Shown: one piece after another, positions 27,286-36,532 of the stretch
Position numbering within the stretch: the first letter of the stretch is position 1
How the letters are laid out: each line of letters opens with the position of its first letter
Source: Acidobacteriota bacterium
GTDB taxonomy: Bacteria; Acidobacteriota; Vicinamibacteria; Marinacidobacterales; Marinacidobacteraceae
Direction of reading: 5' to 3'
DNA length: 64,000 nt
Assembly: GCA_022826825.1 (NCBI GenBank)
Contig: JAJDUD010000027.1
Coordinates: forward strand, 1,050-65,049
Notes under the pieces: generated by a model
What the model saw: the letters and a program-made list of their open reading frames with translations, nothing else
What the model was told of the DNA's origin: nothing
Database searches by the model: none
Program-made: the position numbers and the translations under genes

Positions 27286-27727
27286 CACCGGCTTGGAACG
27301 CCGGCCAGTTGCTGTGAAAATGCAGTCCGGCGGGTCGGCCGAGCGTCTTGATGGCGCAGCCGGCTTGGAACGCCGGCCTCTGGCCGGCACGCGCTGCGCG
27401 ACCGCGCAGCGCACGGCACGGCGCCAACCTGCGGGATGGTTCTCTCTCGGTGCAAACGGGCGGAGGGGACGCTCCCGGACCTCTGTCGCCCGAGACGACG
27501 AGCGGCGCGTCGCCCGCGGGCCTTCGGCCCGCTGTGCCGACCCGAGGTCGGCGTTCCAAGCCGTACGCGCCACGGGGCGGTTCAGCCCTACGCCGTTGCG
27601 GCCCTGCGGGCCGCGTGCCGACCGGAGGTCGGCGTTCCAAGCCGGCTGCGCCATCACGGCTGTTGGCCGACCCCGCAGGATTGCATGTTCACAGCAACTG
27701 GCTGGAGGCCGGCGGTCCCAGCCGTTT
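27286..27727. mobile_element. Family-1 composite MITE-like element, copy B, with ~45-bp imperfect terminal inverted repeats (cggcttggaacgccggccagttgctgtgaaaatgca ... tgcatgttcacagcaactggctggaggccggcggtcccagccg) and three internal 31-bp hairpin units
   Basis: The ends are reverse complements of each other, as seen in the sequence. The hairpin units are at 27363, 27525 and 27618. The interior is ~85-90% identical to 7609..7867. Confidence 0.65.
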
Positions 27728-27773
27728 CCCTGATCTGCGCCCGTTACGCTTCGTGGCCGCGAGGAGGACCCCG

Positions 27774-28742
27774 ATGCGCATCGTTTCCCTGGCCGAGATT
27801 CAGGCGGCCATCGCCCCGGAGGCCGCCATCGACGCGGTGAAGGCGGGGTTCATCGCCCATGCGAAGGGGCTGGTGGAGTGCCCCGAGCCCACGCAGATCG
27901 TGTTCCGCGATGAGCAGGGGGACCACCACGGCGAGTGTCACGTCAAGTCGGCCACCTGGGAGGGCCTCCCGTACGCGGCGGTCAAGATCGCGTCGGGGTC
28001 CTACCGGAACGCGGCGCGCGGCCTGCCGGGCGCCGGCGGCATGATCGTCCTGATCGCTTCCGAGACCGGGCTCCCGGAGGCGATCCTGCACGACGAGTGC
28101 TGGCTCACCAACGTCCGCACCGCCGCCGCCGGGGCCCTCGCCGCCGGCCTGAAGCCGGTCTCGAAGGACGCGACCCTGGGCGTGATCGGCACCGGGACCC
28201 AGGCGGAGATGCAGGCCGAGATGATCTGCGCCCACCTCGGGCTCGGTTCGGTCGCCGTCTGGGGGCGGAACCCGACCAGGGCGGCCGCGCTCGCCGACCG
28301 GCTGCGGGCCGGCGGGCTCGCGGCGACCCCGATGGCCACCGTCCGCGAGGTGTGCCACGCGAGCGCCATCCTGGTGACGACCACTCCCGCCACGAGCCCC
28401 GTCGTCCATCTCGAAGACGTTCCCGAGACGCTCCACATCGTCGCCGTCGGGGCCGACACCCCGGGGAAGACGGAACTGGACTCGCGCATCCTGGGCAGGG
28501 CCCACACCATCGTCACCGACGCTCACCAGGAATGCCTCAGCAACAGCGACTTCGGGGCCGCGGTGCGGGCCGGAGAGATCGCGGAGGACTGCGACGCTTC
28601 CTTCGGGGAGATGCTGGCGCTCGCCGAGCCGGACCCGCGGCTGGCGCGGGACGGGATCTCGGTCGTCGATCTGACCGGGATGGGGGTTCAGGACCTCGCG
28701 ATCGCGGAGATGACGCTGAACGCGCTGGCGGATTCGCGGTAG
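27774..28742 (+). CDS. Ornithine cyclodeaminase / mu-crystallin family protein
   Basis: 322 aa with a Rossmann motif (GVIGTGTQAEMQAE) and family-like ends. The upstream extension of ORF 27348.. reads through repeat element B and is rejected. Confidence 0.75.
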   Translation: MRIVSLAEIQAAIAPEAAIDAVKAGFIAHAKGLVECPEPTQIVFRDEQGDHHGECHVKSATWEGLPYAAVKIASGSYRNAARGLPGAGGMIVLIASETGLPEAILHDECWLTNVRTAAAGALAAGLKPVSKDATLGVIGTGTQAEMQAEMICAHLGLGSVAVWGRNPTRAAALADRLRAGGLAATPMATVREVCHASAILVTTTPATSPVVHLEDVPETLHIVAVGADTPGKTELDSRILGRAHTIVTDAHQECLSNSDFGAAVRAGEIAEDCDASFGEMLALAEPDPRLARDGISVVDLTGMGVQDLAIAEMTLNALADSR

Positions 28743-28815
28743 GGACGATGCCGTAGGAGCGCGGGCCGGTTCTTGCGCTCCTGGCGCTCCGTCCCTCCGG
28801 TACCCTCCCCGCCCC

Positions 28816-31713
28816 ATGGGAGAGCTGGCGCGCGAACTCGCGTCGCGGATCGAGGGGGACGTGCGGTTCGACCGCGCGAGCCGGATCCTCTACTCGAACG
28901 ACGCCAGCATCTACCAGGTCGAGCCCCTGGGGGTGGTGATCCCCCGCCACACCGCGGACGTGGCGGAAGCGGTCCGGGTCGCCCGGGAGGCGGCCGCCCC
29001 GGTGCTGCCGCGCGGCGGCGGCACCTCGCTTGCCGGACAGGCGGTCGGCGAAGCGGTGGTGCTCGACCTGTCGGTGCACTTCCGCCATGTGCTCGAGATC
29101 AACCGGGAAGAGATGTGGGCCCGGGTGCAGCCGGGGCTGGTGCAGGACGCCTTCAGCGCGGCGCTTGCCCCCCACGGACTGCGGTTCGGCCCCGAGACCT
29201 CCACCTCGAACCGCGCGAACCTCGGCGGCATGATCGGCAACAACTCGGCCGGCGCCCGCTCGCTCGTCTACGGGAAGACGGTGGAGAACGTCCTCGACGC
29301 CACCGTGGTGCTGCCCGACGGGAGCTGCGAGCGCCTCGGCTGGCTGAGCTGGGACGACATCCGGCGCCGGGCGCGGGGGAACTCGGCGCTCGGCCCGCTG
29401 CTGCGCGAGCTGCTGGCGCTCCGGGACGAGTATTCGGAAGACATCCGGGAGCGGTTCCCGCGCATCCCGCGGCGGGTCTCCGGCTACAACCTCGATGTCC
29501 TGCTGGATCCGTCCGGGGTGAACCTCGCGCACCTCGTGGTCGGCTCCGAGGGGACGCTCGGGACCGTGGTGGAGGCGCGGGTGAAGCTCTACCCGCTGCC
29601 GCCCGCGGTCGGACTCGCCGTCCTGCACTTCGACGGGATGCTCCCGGCGCTCGAGGCGGGGGTGGTGGCGCTCGAGCTGCGTCCGACCTGCGTCGAACTC
29701 GTGGACCGAATGGTCATGGAGCTCGCCCGCGAGTCGCTCGAGTACTCACGGCGCCTCCACTTCATCGAGGGCGAGCCCGGGGCGCTCATCCTGGTCGAGT
29801 TCGCCGGCCAGACCCGCGGGGAAGTGGCCGCCAAGCTGGCCGCGCTCGAACGCCGGCTCGGAAACCGCGGCCGTCCCCATCTCCGCGTGCTCGACCCGGC
29901 GGAACAGAAGAACGTCTGGGCGGTCCGGAAGGCCGCGCTCCCGCTCCTCCTCAGCCTTCCCGGCGACAAGAAGCCCATCGCCTTCGTCGAGGACACCGCG
30001 GTCGAACCCTCGCGGCTGCCGGAGTTCATCCGCGGCTTCGAGGACATCCTCGCCGGCCGCGACACCGAGGGGAGCTTCTACGCGCACGCCGGCGCCGGCT
30101 GCCTCCACATCCGGCCGCTGATCAACCTGAAGGACCCCGCCGAGATCCGGAAGATGGACACCCTCGCGCAGGAGATCTGCGAGCTGGTGCTCGACTTCGG
30201 GGGCGCCATGAGCGGCGAGCACGGCGACGGCCTCGCGCGCAGCCATTTCAACGAGAAGGTGTTCGGGCCGCGCGTCTACGACGCGTTCAAGCGCCTCAAG
30301 GCGGCGTTCGACCCGGCCGGCCTCATGAACCCGGGGAAGGTGGTGGACGCGCCCGCCATGACCGACAACCTGCGCTACGGCGGGGACTACCGGGCCGAGG
30401 AGCTGCCGGTGGTCTATCCCTACCAGCGCCACGGCGGCTTCGCCGGGGCGGTCGAGCTCTGCAACGGGGCCGGGGTCTGCCGCAAGGAACTCGTGGGGAC
30501 GATGTGTCCCTCGTTCATGGCGACCAAGGAGGAGGAGCACTCCACCCGGGGCCGGGCGAACCTGCTGCGGGCGCTGCTCGACGGCCGGCTGCCGCCGGAG
30601 CGGGAGTCGGAGGACCGGGTGCTCCAGGCGCTCGACCTCTGCCTCGGCTGCAAGGCCTGCAAGGCCGAGTGCCCGTCCGGGGTGGACATGGCCCGGCTCA
30701 AGTCCGACTTCCAGCACCACTACTACCGCGACCGGCGCCGACCGCTCGCCGACCGCATCTTCGGGGCGCCCGACGTGCTGGCCCGCTGGGGAAGCCGGTT
30801 CGGGCCGCTCGCCCGCTGGGTGGACCGGCGGGGCTGGGCCGCCTCGCTGCTGTCCCGGACCATCGGTTTCGACCGGCGCCGGAGCCTGCCGAGCCTCGCC
30901 CGCGAGCCGCTCGCGCGCTGGTTCCGGCGGGTGGAGGCCGCCTCCCAGCCGGCCGCGCCGCGGGGCAAGGTGGCGCTCTTCCCCGACACCTTCACGAACT
31001 ACTTCGAGCCGCAGATCGGGGCCGCCGCCTGCCGGGTGCTCTGGGCGCTCGGGTACCGCGTCGAGCTGGCCCCCGAGGTCTGCTGCGGCCGGCCCGCCAT
31101 CTCGCGGGGCCTGCTCGACCGGGCCCGGCGGCTGGCCCGGGAGAGTGTCCGGGCCCTCGGCGGCATCGCCGCGGAGGGCACGAAGATCGTGGGGCTCGAG
31201 CCCTCGTGCCTGTTCAGCTTCCGCGACGAGATCCCCGAGCTCGTTCCCGAGGAGGAGCGGGCGGCGGCCGAGGACGTCGCGCGGAGCGCGGTGCTGTTCG
31301 ACGAGTTCCTGGCCGATCACCGGGAGGAGCTTTTCCGGCTGACCGGCGGCCGCGGCGAGGGTTCGCACGTCCTCGCCCACGGCCACTGCCACCAGAAGAC
31401 GTTCTGCGGGACGGGCCCGCTCGCCGGCCTCCTCGGAACCACCGGCGCCGAGGTCACGGTGGCGGACTCCGGCTGCTGCGGGATGGCCGGCAGCTTCGGC
31501 TACACCTCCGACCACTACGAACTGTCGCTCGCCATCGGCGAACGCCGGCTCTTCCCGGCGGTGCGGGGGCTCGCGACCGAGGACGCGCTGGTGGCGGCCG
31601 GGACCTCCTGCCGGCACCAGGTGCACGACGCGACGAAACGCTACGCGATCCACCCGGCGGAGTACATCGCGCAGTACCTCCCGGACGGCAGCGGCCCCGA
31701 CGGGGGCGCGTAG
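28816..31713 (+). CDS. Fused FAD-binding oxidase (GlcD-like) and Fe-S/CCG-domain (GlcF-like) dehydrogenase
   Basis: 965 aa. It has an N-terminal FAD_binding_4 domain, a FAD-oxidase C-terminal domain, two 4Fe-4S Cys clusters (CPSFMATKEEEH..., CLGCKACKAECP) and two CCG motifs (CCGRPA, CCGMAGSFGY). Confidence 0.8.
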   Translation: MGELARELASRIEGDVRFDRASRILYSNDASIYQVEPLGVVIPRHTADVAEAVRVAREAAAPVLPRGGGTSLAGQAVGEAVVLDLSVHFRHVLEINREEMWARVQPGLVQDAFSAALAPHGLRFGPETSTSNRANLGGMIGNNSAGARSLVYGKTVENVLDATVVLPDGSCERLGWLSWDDIRRRARGNSALGPLLRELLALRDEYSEDIRERFPRIPRRVSGYNLDVLLDPSGVNLAHLVVGSEGTLGTVVEARVKLYPLPPAVGLAVLHFDGMLPALEAGVVALELRPTCVELVDRMVMELARESLEYSRRLHFIEGEPGALILVEFAGQTRGEVAAKLAALERRLGNRGRPHLRVLDPAEQKNVWAVRKAALPLLLSLPGDKKPIAFVEDTAVEPSRLPEFIRGFEDILAGRDTEGSFYAHAGAGCLHIRPLINLKDPAEIRKMDTLAQEICELVLDFGGAMSGEHGDGLARSHFNEKVFGPRVYDAFKRLKAAFDPAGLMNPGKVVDAPAMTDNLRYGGDYRAEELPVVYPYQRHGGFAGAVELCNGAGVCRKELVGTMCPSFMATKEEEHSTRGRANLLRALLDGRLPPERESEDRVLQALDLCLGCKACKAECPSGVDMARLKSDFQHHYYRDRRRPLADRIFGAPDVLARWGSRFGPLARWVDRRGWAASLLSRTIGFDRRRSLPSLAREPLARWFRRVEAASQPAAPRGKVALFPDTFTNYFEPQIGAAACRVLWALGYRVELAPEVCCGRPAISRGLLDRARRLARESVRALGGIAAEGTKIVGLEPSCLFSFRDEIPELVPEEERAAAEDVARSAVLFDEFLADHREELFRLTGGRGEGSHVLAHGHCHQKTFCGTGPLAGLLGTTGAEVTVADSGCCGMAGSFGYTSDHYELSLAIGERRLFPAVRGLATEDALVAAGTSCRHQVHDATKRYAIHPAEYIAQYLPDGSGPDGGA

Positions 31714-31769
31714 CCCACGGAACTCTCCGGCCCCCGTTCGCGTTAGCTGGATCCCGGAGAATCCGAACG

Positions 31770-32363
31770 ATGCAGGACGAAGCGCGAGAGATCCGCGTTG
31801 CCGCGATCCTGGGCACCACCCGTCCGGGCAACCTCACGTCCCGGGTGCTCGCCCTCGCGGTGGACGAGCTCTTGCAGCGCCCCGGTGTCCGGGTGACCCG
31901 GATCGACCCCGCGGAACTGGACCTGCCGTTTCCCGGCCAGCCCGGCGAGTCCCCCGGCCGGGAGCGTCTGAAGGCCGCCGTCCGGGAGGCCGACGGAGTG
32001 CTCTTCGCGACCCCCGAGTACCACGGCAGCTACGCCGCCGCCATGAAGCTCGTGATCGAGAATCTCGGGTACCCGTCGGAACTGGCGGGAAAGCCGGCCG
32101 CGCTCATCGGCGCCGCATCCGGCGCGATCGGGGCGGTCAAGGCCCTCGAGCACCTGCGGAGCGTCCTGTCGCACGTCGGGGCCATCGTGCTCCCGGGACC
32201 GGTGTCGGTCGCCGGCGTGGGCCGGGTGTTCGACGCGGAGGGGCGATGCCTCGACGAGGCCGTCGAGAAGCGGACCCGCCGGCTGGCGGTCAACCTGCTC
32301 GACTACATCGAGCGGAGCACCTGCCCGGCGGCGGGGCTCGAGGCGTTCGCGCGGCGCGGGTAG
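31770..32363 (+). CDS. NAD(P)H-dependent FMN reductase family protein
   Basis: 197 aa. It shows the flavodoxin-like pattern ILGTTRPGNLTS ... LFATPEYHGSY. Confidence 0.7.
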   Translation: MQDEAREIRVAAILGTTRPGNLTSRVLALAVDELLQRPGVRVTRIDPAELDLPFPGQPGESPGRERLKAAVREADGVLFATPEYHGSYAAAMKLVIENLGYPSELAGKPAALIGAASGAIGAVKALEHLRSVLSHVGAIVLPGPVSVAGVGRVFDAEGRCLDEAVEKRTRRLAVNLLDYIERSTCPAAGLEAFARRG

Positions 32364-32389
32364 GCCGCGATCGCCGCGCGTCAGCGCGG

Positions 32390-32782
32390 TCAGCCGCCGG
32401 ACGGCGGCGTTTCCCCGGCCGGCTGGACCAGGTGGGTCTCGATCAAAGTCTCGACACGGACCATCCGTTCGGAGAGCTCGCCGATCTGCTTCTGGAAGTC
32501 CAGCATCTGGTTCTGAAGTTCCAGCATCTGGCCGCTGAGGGTCGTGAACCCGAGCGCGCCGGCGGCGAGCATCGTCCCGAACATGGTGACGAACATCGTG
32601 ACCAGCAGCCTCTCGGTCCGGGTGAGCGGCTCGCGGGAGTGGCCGCCGCGATTCCCGGCGGGCTCTACGGCTCCGCGGGTCATCGGTTTACCCCGTTTGT
32701 CACGCAACTGAGTATAGGGCTCGTTCGGGGTCCTCGGCGAAGGGGCGGGTGTACCCGCCGGCGTCTCGATGCGTTCGTTCAT
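32390..32782 (-). CDS. Hypothetical protein with one TM helix and a coiled coil
   Basis: ~130 aa from the ATG at 32782, with a GGAGGA ribosome-binding site. It reads ...LVTMFVTMFGTMLAAGALGF... LELQNQMLDFQKQIGELSERMVRVETLIETHL. Confidence 0.35.
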   Translation of the reverse strand: MNERIETPAGTPAPSPRTPNEPYTQLRDKRGKPMTRGAVEPAGNRGGHSREPLTRTERLLVTMFVTMFGTMLAAGALGFTTLSGQMLELQNQMLDFQKQIGELSERMVRVETLIETHLVQPAGETPPSGG

Positions 32783-32939
32783 GGAAGAGTCCTCCATGAT
32801 GCATAGACGTAAATCGAGCCGGTTTTTTCCCACCTGGCGGCGCTTTGTGGAAAAGTCGGTTTGAAGTGCGCCAGGGCGCGCCGGGCCGGAGGCGATCGGG
32901 ACGGGCGACGTACGCCGGTGCGGAGGGAGAACCCCGCGT

Positions 32940-33587
32940 TCAGCGCGGGTCGCGTTCGCGCCCGGGTCGCTCCCGGTCCGGGGACGCGCCGGTCGCGGCC
33001 GCCCCGACCTGGGCCTCGAAGCGCCAGTCGCTGTAGCGGCGCGCCCCCTCGTAGGTGCGGAAGCTGAGGAGGTCGCTGGTGCTCACCACTCCGGTGATCC
33101 CGGTGACCGTCCCGGGCGCGTCGGGATCGGGACGCTCCTCGTCTTCGTCCCGCTCCCCGGAAGCCGCGCCTGCGTCCCGCTCCCCGAACTCCGCGCCGGC
33201 CGGGTTGGTGGGCCGCGCCCGCGCGCCGATGACGCCCGCCGCGGAGGTGGCCGGCGCCGCCGCTTCCTCGGCGCGCAGGATGCGGAAGCCGCGCCCGGTC
33301 ATCGGATCGTCCCAGGCGCGGCGGAGGTACTTGCCCTCGACCAGTTCCTCAAGGGTCTCGGGCAGGGTCCCCGGCCGGTCCTGCTGGAAGCGTTCGAGGG
33401 CGCGCACGACCGCCTCGCCCCGGAAGAGCAGCTCCGCTTCCCGGTCGCGTTGCACGGCCTGGCTCCAGAGCGTCACCGCCGCGGTCAGGCCGACCCCCAC
33501 CAGCGTGACGCCGACCAGCACGCCGAAGAGCACGTAGCCCTCGGAACCGCGGGAGGCGTCCTTACCACTCACGGTACGGCCGTCCAT
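32940..33587 (-). CDS. Putative type II secretion minor pseudopilin (prepilin-like N-terminus)
   Basis: 215 aa. It has a GYVLFGVLVGVTLVG prepilin-like hydrophobic segment and an acidic, low-complexity C-terminus. Confidence 0.4.
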   Translation of the reverse strand: MDGRTVSGKDASRGSEGYVLFGVLVGVTLVGVGLTAAVTLWSQAVQRDREAELLFRGEAVVRALERFQQDRPGTLPETLEELVEGKYLRRAWDDPMTGRGFRILRAEEAAAPATSAAGVIGARARPTNPAGAEFGERDAGAASGERDEDEERPDPDAPGTVTGITGVVSTSDLLSFRTYEGARRYSDWRFEAQVGAAATGASPDRERPGRERDPR

Positions 33588-33969
33588 CGCTGCCGATCTC
33601 CTCCGAGCGGCTGCGGACGTCGGAGACCCCGGCCGGAGCGTCCGGGAACATGGGGTCGTAGCCGTCGCGCACCTCCTCCCAGAGGATGGACTGGGTCATC
33701 GGGTCTTCGGGGATCTCCCGGAGATAGCCGGAGACGACGAGGTCGGCGAGGTTCGCCGGGAACTCGTCGTGGTCGGCCCGGTACTGGTCGAGCCGCTCCC
33801 GGACCGTCGCCAGGTTGTGCTCCAGCACCGCTTCCTTCGCCTTGACGATCTGCGCCTGGTAGCGGGGCACCGCGATGGCGAAGAGGATCCCCAGGACCAG
33901 CAGTACCAGCACCATCTCGATGAAGCTGAACCCGGCGCTCTTTCCGGCGCGGGCGGGTCGCATCACCAT
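33562..33969 (-). CDS. gspG: Type II secretion system major pseudopilin GspG
   Basis: 135 aa. It has the prepilin cleavage/methylation motif GFSFIEMVLVLLVLGILFAIAVP and a GspG-like body. Confidence 0.75.
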   Translation of the reverse strand: MVMRPARAGKSAGFSFIEMVLVLLVLGILFAIAVPRYQAQIVKAKEAVLEHNLATVRERLDQYRADHDEFPANLADLVVSGYLREIPEDPMTQSILWEEVRDGYDPMFPDAPAGVSDVRSRSEEIGSDGRPYREW

Positions 33970-34451
33970 GACCGGTAGGGGGTGCCGTCGAGGGCGCGGC
34001 GGGGCGAGGCGGAGCGGATGTCGTAGACGTTCTGGCCGCCCCAGGAGAGGCGGCCCGGGTCGTCCTGGTAGGAGCGCAGCAGCCAGTCGGCGCGCCCGGT
34101 CATCGGGTCCACCGGGAGGCGGCGGAGGAAGCGGACGACGGGGACCCGGCCGTCCGGGTCGCGGGGGCCGGGCACCCCCTCCACCAGCGCCTCCAGGTCC
34201 GGCGGGTAGTCCTCGTGGTCGGGCTCGATGAAGTCGGGATCGATCTCGCCGGCCTCGGCGGCCTCGCGGTAGGCGTCGATCGCCATCCGGACGGTGCGGA
34301 GGTTCCGGCGGAGCTCGATCTCGTCGGCGCGGACCGAGGCGACCTTGGCGACCGGGATGATCCCCATCGCCAGCACCGCGAGGATCCCGGCGGCCACCAC
34401 CAGCTCGATGAGGGTGAAGCCGCGCTGTCGTTCGGGACGGAAAGGCCGCAT
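33963..34451 (-). CDS. GspG-like pseudopilin paralog
   Basis: 162 aa from the ATG at 34451 (MRPFRPERQRGFTLIELVVAAGILAVLA). Its C-terminus (...TPYRSW) parallels the GspG C-terminus (...RPYREW). Confidence 0.55.
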   Translation of the reverse strand: MRPFRPERQRGFTLIELVVAAGILAVLAMGIIPVAKVASVRADEIELRRNLRTVRMAIDAYREAAEAGEIDPDFIEPDHEDYPPDLEALVEGVPGPRDPDGRVPVVRFLRRLPVDPMTGRADWLLRSYQDDPGRLSWGGQNVYDIRSASPRRALDGTPYRSW

Positions 34452-35680
34452 CAGAACTGGGGCACCGAGGCGAGGCTGAACAGCGGCAGGTAGATCGCGA
34501 GCAGCACGAGCGCGACGAAGCCGCCCAGGATGAGGAGCACGACCGGGGTGAGGAGGCTGAGGAGCACGGTCACCCGGTTCTCGATCACCTCGTCGTTGAA
34601 GTCGGCGACCGAGGAGACCATGCGGGCGAGATCGCCGGTGCCCTCTCCCACCCGCACCATCTGGAGCGCGAAGCCGGGGATCTCGCCGGTCTCCGCCAGC
34701 GTCTCGACGAAGGAGCGGCCCTCGCGGACCGGCCCGGCGGTGGGCTCCAGCACGCTCCGGAGATAGCGGTTGCCCACCGCGCGCGCCGCCACCGGGATCG
34801 CGCTGACGAGCGGCATGCCCCCGGCGAGCAGGGTGCCGAGCGACCGCGCGAACTGGGAGACCGCGTACAGCCGGAGGACTTCGCCGATGGCCGGCAGGCG
34901 GAGGACCGCGCGGTCCCGGATGCGCTTCGCCCGGGCGGTCCGGGACCAGGCGGCGAAGACCAGCACCGCGGCCAGCAGGCCGGCAACCACCCACAGGAGG
35001 TGCGTGCGGACGAACTCCGCGGTCGTCAGCAGCGTCGTGGTGAGGGGAGGCAGTTCCTGCCCGAACCCGGCGAAGAAGGGGACGAAGTTCGGGACCACCC
35101 CGAGCAGCAGGTAGGCGGCGGTACCGAGGAGCGCGGTGAGCAGGAAGGCGGGATAGACCATGGCGGCGGTCAGGCTCGACCGGGCCTTCACCGCGACGCG
35201 CATGGCGTCCGTGAACCGCACGATCATCCCCGCGAGGTCGCCGCTGGTCTCGCCGGCCTGGAGACACGCCGGATAGACGGACGGGAAGAACGGATAGCGG
35301 GCGGCCGCGGTGCTCATCGGCACCCCGGACTTGACCTCGGAGAGGATGGTCTGGACCGCCTCGCGCAGGGTCGGATTCTCCATGCGCTCGACCATGATGC
35401 CGAGCGACTCGGCGAGCGGCAGCCCGGCGTGCAGCAACGCGGCGAGCTCCTGGTTGAAGAGCAACACCTCGCGGCTGCGGACCGGACGCCGCCGGAAGAA
35501 GGGCGTTCCGCCCTCGAAGAGCCGCCCGAGCGAGGCGAAGGCCGAGGTGCGGTGGATCGCGAAGACGTGGAGCCCCTGGCTCTGCAGTTCCTGGCGGGCG
35601 GCGCCTTCGTCCCGGGCGGTCAGCCGGAGCCGCCGCAGGTCGCCCGCCGGTTCGCCGACCTGGCAGAGGAATTCGGGCAT
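34451..35680 (-). CDS. gspF: Type II secretion system inner-membrane platform protein GspF
   Basis: ~410 aa from the ATG at 35680. It consists of two GspF/PilC repeat domains with TM segments. No gspE lies upstream; smpB is there, on the opposite strand. Confidence 0.8.
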   Translation of the reverse strand: MPEFLCQVGEPAGDLRRLRLTARDEGAARQELQSQGLHVFAIHRTSAFASLGRLFEGGTPFFRRRPVRSREVLLFNQELAALLHAGLPLAESLGIMVERMENPTLREAVQTILSEVKSGVPMSTAAARYPFFPSVYPACLQAGETSGDLAGMIVRFTDAMRVAVKARSSLTAAMVYPAFLLTALLGTAAYLLLGVVPNFVPFFAGFGQELPPLTTTLLTTAEFVRTHLLWVVAGLLAAVLVFAAWSRTARAKRIRDRAVLRLPAIGEVLRLYAVSQFARSLGTLLAGGMPLVSAIPVAARAVGNRYLRSVLEPTAGPVREGRSFVETLAETGEIPGFALQMVRVGEGTGDLARMVSSVADFNDEVIENRVTVLLSLLTPVVLLILGGFVALVLLAIYLPLFSLASVPQF

Positions 35681-35754
35681 CGGGGGTTTTCCGGATGGTA
35701 AACGTGGCCGCGGTACCCGTGTTGTTTCCGGCATTTGACGGCTAGACTCGTTTC

Positions 35755-36267
35755 ATGAGTCGAAAGAAGACCGCCAGGAAGAAACGCCGGTTGCGCTCCG
35801 CCGGAGCGCACGGGGGAGGCTTCCGCAACGAGCAGGTGCTTTCGGAGAACCGGAGGGCGCGGCGGAACTTCGTCATCCTCGAGCAGTTCGAGGCGGGCAT
35901 CGCGCTCACCGGCGCCGAGGTGAAGTCCTGCCGGGCGGGCGGGGCGAACCTTAAGGACGCCTACGGCCGCGAGCGGAACGGCGAGATCTTCCTCGTGAAC
36001 TGCCACATCGCCCCCTACGTGAACGCACCCGCCGACCAGGGGAACCCCGAGCGGAACCGGAAGCTCCTCCTCCACGAGGACGAGATGCGCCGGATCGCCG
36101 GCAAGCTCACCACCGCCGGCCTGACGCTCGTGCCGCTCCGCATCCACCTCCGGAACGGCTGGATCAAGGTCCAGGTCGCCCTTGCCAAGGGCAAGAGCAC
36201 CCGCGACCGCCGCGAGACCATCCGCCGCCGCGAGGCCGACCGCGAAGCCCGCGAAGCGCTCGGCTAG
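35755..36267 (+). CDS. smpB: SsrA-binding protein SmpB
   Basis: 170 aa. The core reads NRRARRNFVILEQFEAGIALTGAEVKS...LLLHEDEMRRI...KGKSTRDRRE. It has an Arg/Lys-rich N-terminal extension. Confidence 0.8.
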   Translation: MSRKKTARKKRRLRSAGAHGGGFRNEQVLSENRRARRNFVILEQFEAGIALTGAEVKSCRAGGANLKDAYGRERNGEIFLVNCHIAPYVNAPADQGNPERNRKLLLHEDEMRRIAGKLTTAGLTLVPLRIHLRNGWIKVQVALAKGKSTRDRRETIRRREADREAREALG

Positions 36268-36286
36268 GGAAAGGGGAGGCGGCGCG

Positions 36287-36437
36287 CCGGCTTGGAACGC
36301 CGACCTCCGGTCGGCACGCGCGGTGCTCCGCACCGCGCACGTCACAACCGCCCCCGGAAACGGTGGCTCTCACCTCGGCGTGGAGCGCAAGAGCGGAGGC
36401 GGCACACCGGCTTGGAACGCCGACCTCCGGTCGGCAC
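36287..36437 (+). repeat. Two direct copies of the family-1 hairpin unit (gaggcggcRcRccggcttggaacgccgacctccggtcggcac) separated by a ~90-bp spacer
   Basis: The units are at 36287-36317 and 36407-36437. Each contains the 7-bp stem gccgacc-tcc-ggtcggc. They lie between smpB and the S9 peptidase gene. Confidence 0.7.
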
Positions 36438-36532
36438 CGCTGCGCGAAGCGCAGCGAGGGCGCGGACGCCCACCGGCATCCAGGGCGCGCTCCGTAGAAT
36501 CGGCCCGGTCCCACGTCGCCGGGAGGTATCCC

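Noticed and set aside
28773-32363. 1196-aa plus-strand ORF and 635-aa minus-strand ORF 29746..31653 overlapping the FAD/Fe-S dehydrogenase
   Set aside because: They are off-frame or antisense reads, Arg/Gly/Pro-rich. The real genes are 28816..31713 and the FMN reductase 31770..32363, which occupies the tail of the long ORF in its own frame.
36287-36437. Possible mini-CRISPR: two identical ~31-bp units separated by a ~90-bp spacer
   Set aside because: There are only two copies. The unit is a palindromic hairpin that also occurs singly and in inverted orientation at six other intergenic sites, and no cas genes are nearby. It is a REP/MITE-like repeat, not a CRISPR array.
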